Under the pieces are notes generated by a model. It ran no database searches, was not told the DNA's origin, and saw only the letters and a program-made list of their open reading frames with translations. A stretch of DNA of 36,026 nt from a virus (Duplodnaviria; Caudoviricetes): positions 1-36,026 of IMG/VR virus record IMGVR_UViG_3300011444_000017; one strand, written 5' to 3'. Position 1 is the first letter of the stretch. Each line of letters begins with the position of its first letter. Below are positions 34,665 to 36,026 of the stretch, piece after piece. The position numbers were made by a program, and so were the translations under genes.

Positions 34665-34702
34665 CTGAGGTTCCTCACCTCCGGGCGAAGTAGCCTTCCG
34701 GC
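34665..34702 (+). promoter_or_regulatory. Class B (late-type) promoter, leaderless, for the tail fibre gene
   Basis: CTGAGGT-N19-TAGCCT; GTG start 6 nt downstream, no SD. Confidence 0.6.
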
Positions 34703-36026
34703 GTGCCTCTCCTCCACGAATTCAAACGCGAAGAGAGGCTGCCGAGCTACTTCGCCAACCGACTCCAGGACTTCCTGAGCGGCGCGCGGACCGACCTGAG
34801 GCTGACGAGGAAGAACGCGACCGAAGTCGAAGTCGCCCCGGCCGAGCCCTACGGAATCTCCGCGATCGACCTGCAGGGCCTGTGGCGCTTCCGCTCGACC
34901 GCCGTCTCGCGGGTCCACCCTGGCGGCGGAGCGGCGACCTACACCGTCTGGGCCGTCGGCACGAAACAGAAAGTGGCCGAAGTCCCCAAACCCTTCACGG
35001 ACGAAACCGACTACACCTTCGACCTTCGGATCACGAACGGCGAAAACCCCAAAGGCGCGGGGGTCGAAGTCTTCGAGAAGATCGGCGAGGTCGTCTGGGA
35101 CGGGGCGAAAATCACCGCCCTCAAGCAGACCTACAACGCGGTGCTCGGGCAGATGCTCGACGACGAAGCTCTCTCCTCGGCCGAAGGCGACGTCACCTGG
35201 ACCCGCGCCGCGGGCGGCGGCCTGATCGCCAACCTGAAGGCGAACTCGGTCGGCGCCGCGGAGTTGGCCGACGAATCGGTCGATACGAACGCCCTGATCG
35301 CCCTCGCGGTGACGACGGCGAAGGTCGCGGCGGAAGCGATCACCGAAGCCAAGCTGGCCACGAACTCGGTGGCCTCGGCGAAGATCGTCGCCCTCGCGGT
35401 CACGGCCGCGAAGCTCGCGGCGGAAGCCGTCACCGCCGAAAAGATCGGCGCCGAAGCGGTCGAAACCGGCAAGATCAAAAACCTCGCGGTGACGGCCGGG
35501 AAGCTGGGGGCGGAAGCGGTCGAAGAAGCGAAGATCAAGGCCCTCGCCGTCACCGCCGCGAAGCTCGCGGCCGAAGCCGTCACCGAAGCCAAGATCGGCG
35601 CCCTCGCCGTCACGGCCGCCAAGATCGCGGCCGAAGCGGTCGAAACCGGCAAGATCAAAAACCTCGCGGTGACCGCCGCGAAGATCGCCGAAAAAGCCGT
35701 CGAAACGGCGAAGCTCGCGGACCTCTCCGTCACCGCCGCGAAGATCGCCGAACTGACCATCACCGAAGCCAAGATCGCGGATGCAGCTGTCACCTCGCGG
35801 AAGCTCAAACCGACGGTCGGCGTCCAGGGCGCCAACGCGATCTTGGAACTCACCGAAGCGTTTCAAGACGTACCGGGCGCCTCGCTGGAAATCACCCCGG
35901 CCGTCAACAGCTACCTCAAGGTCACGGCGGTCTTCTGGTTTGAATCGCCCGCCGCGGGCGAAGCCTACATGCACGGAACTATGTCGGTCGATGGCGAAGA
36001 CCAGGGACAGGTCGCGCGCTGGTACG
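34703..36026 (+). CDS. Tail fibre / receptor-binding protein, 3'-truncated (absent from the ORF track because it runs off the window)
   Basis: GTG 34703 opens MPLLHEFKREERLPSYFANRLQDF... with no stop seen to the window end; contains AVTAAKIAAE-type repeats; follows the baseplate genes. Confidence 0.85.
   Translation, partial: MPLLHEFKREERLPSYFANRLQDFLSGARTDLRLTRKNATEVEVAPAEPYGISAIDLQGLWRFRSTAVSRVHPGGGAATYTVWAVGTKQKVAEVPKPFTDETDYTFDLRITNGENPKGAGVEVFEKIGEVVWDGAKITALKQTYNAVLGQMLDDEALSSAEGDVTWTRAAGGGLIANLKANSVGAAELADESVDTNALIALAVTTAKVAAEAITEAKLATNSVASAKIVALAVTAAKLAAEAVTAEKIGAEAVETGKIKNLAVTAGKLGAEAVEEAKIKALAVTAAKLAAEAVTEAKIGALAVTAAKIAAEAVETGKIKNLAVTAAKIAEKAVETAKLADLSVTAAKIAELTITEAKIADAAVTSRKLKPTVGVQGANAILELTEAFQDVPGASLEITPAVNSYLKVTAVFWFESPAAGEAYMHGTMSVDGEDQGQVARWY
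35250..35810 (+). repeat. 30-bp (10-aa) coding tandem repeat in the tail fibre
   Basis: AAG(A/C/G)T(C/G) recurs every 30 nt from 35321 to 35801 (17 units) with two degenerate units before; exact 44-nt duplication at 35450-35493 and 35630-35673. Confidence 0.9.

Larger units (their letters stand above)
1..36026 (+). mobile_element. Tailed phage/prophage genome segment (contractile tail, myovirus-type), probable actinobacterial host
   Basis: Ordered portal-MuF-protease-capsid-neck-sheath-tube-chaperone-tape measure-baseplate-fibre module, preceded by dense small co-oriented genes; no host housekeeping genes seen. Confidence 0.97.

Noticed and set aside
35250-35810. Regular 30-bp periodicity as a CRISPR array or DGR template/variable repeat pair
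   Set aside because: The repeats are contiguous, in-frame and coding, with no spacers, no adenine-specific mismatch pattern and no reverse transcriptase or cas gene in the window
34882-35943. 353-aa Arg-rich plus-strand ORF in the ORF track
   Set aside because: Off-frame reading of the tail fibre repeat; the credible frame starts at GTG 34703 and runs off the window
9634-36026. Headless contractile injection system or tailocin
   Set aside because: Portal, protease, capsid and neck genes are all present, so this is a complete virion module
1-36026. tRNA, rRNA, integrase/att site or lysis genes
   Set aside because: Intergenic gaps are short and no cloverleaf, recombinase or endolysin/holin signatures were recognised by eye; a tRNAscan/Infernal run would be needed to exclude small RNAs

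Overview
The whole window looks like part of a high-GC tailed phage or prophage. All credible genes are on the + strand, and many are translationally coupled through ATGA/TGATG/GTGA overlaps. Bases 1-9200 are an accessory/early region of about 25 mostly small genes: several Zn-binding proteins, a Gp37/Gp68 (DUF5131) protein, a YegP/DUF1508 protein, an actinobacterial IHF-like protein, an HNH-containing fusion and two apparently frameshifted genes. Bases 9200-36026 are a contractile-tail (myovirus-type) virion module: intein-containing portal, MuF-like head protein, a multidomain peptidoglycan-binding head-region protein, prohead protease/scaffold, decoration protein, Mu gpT-like major capsid, neck proteins and a PBSX Xkd-like tail, baseplate and tail fibre (truncated by the window end). 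No terminase, integrase or lysis cassette is recognisable. The IHF-like gene, GC content and near-leaderless starts suggest an actinobacterial host, possibly Solirubrobacterales/Thermoleophilia (inference). The most unusual signals are non-coding. Two classes of repeated promoter are present: an accessory-region cassette with a fixed GTCACCC leader and an RBS-covering inverted repeat, and a structural-region CTG[CA]GGT-N19-TAG[AC]CT motif. Head proteins are also rich in [LIVM]-x-E candidate protease sites. All family assignments come from motif recognition and synteny; no database search was run.
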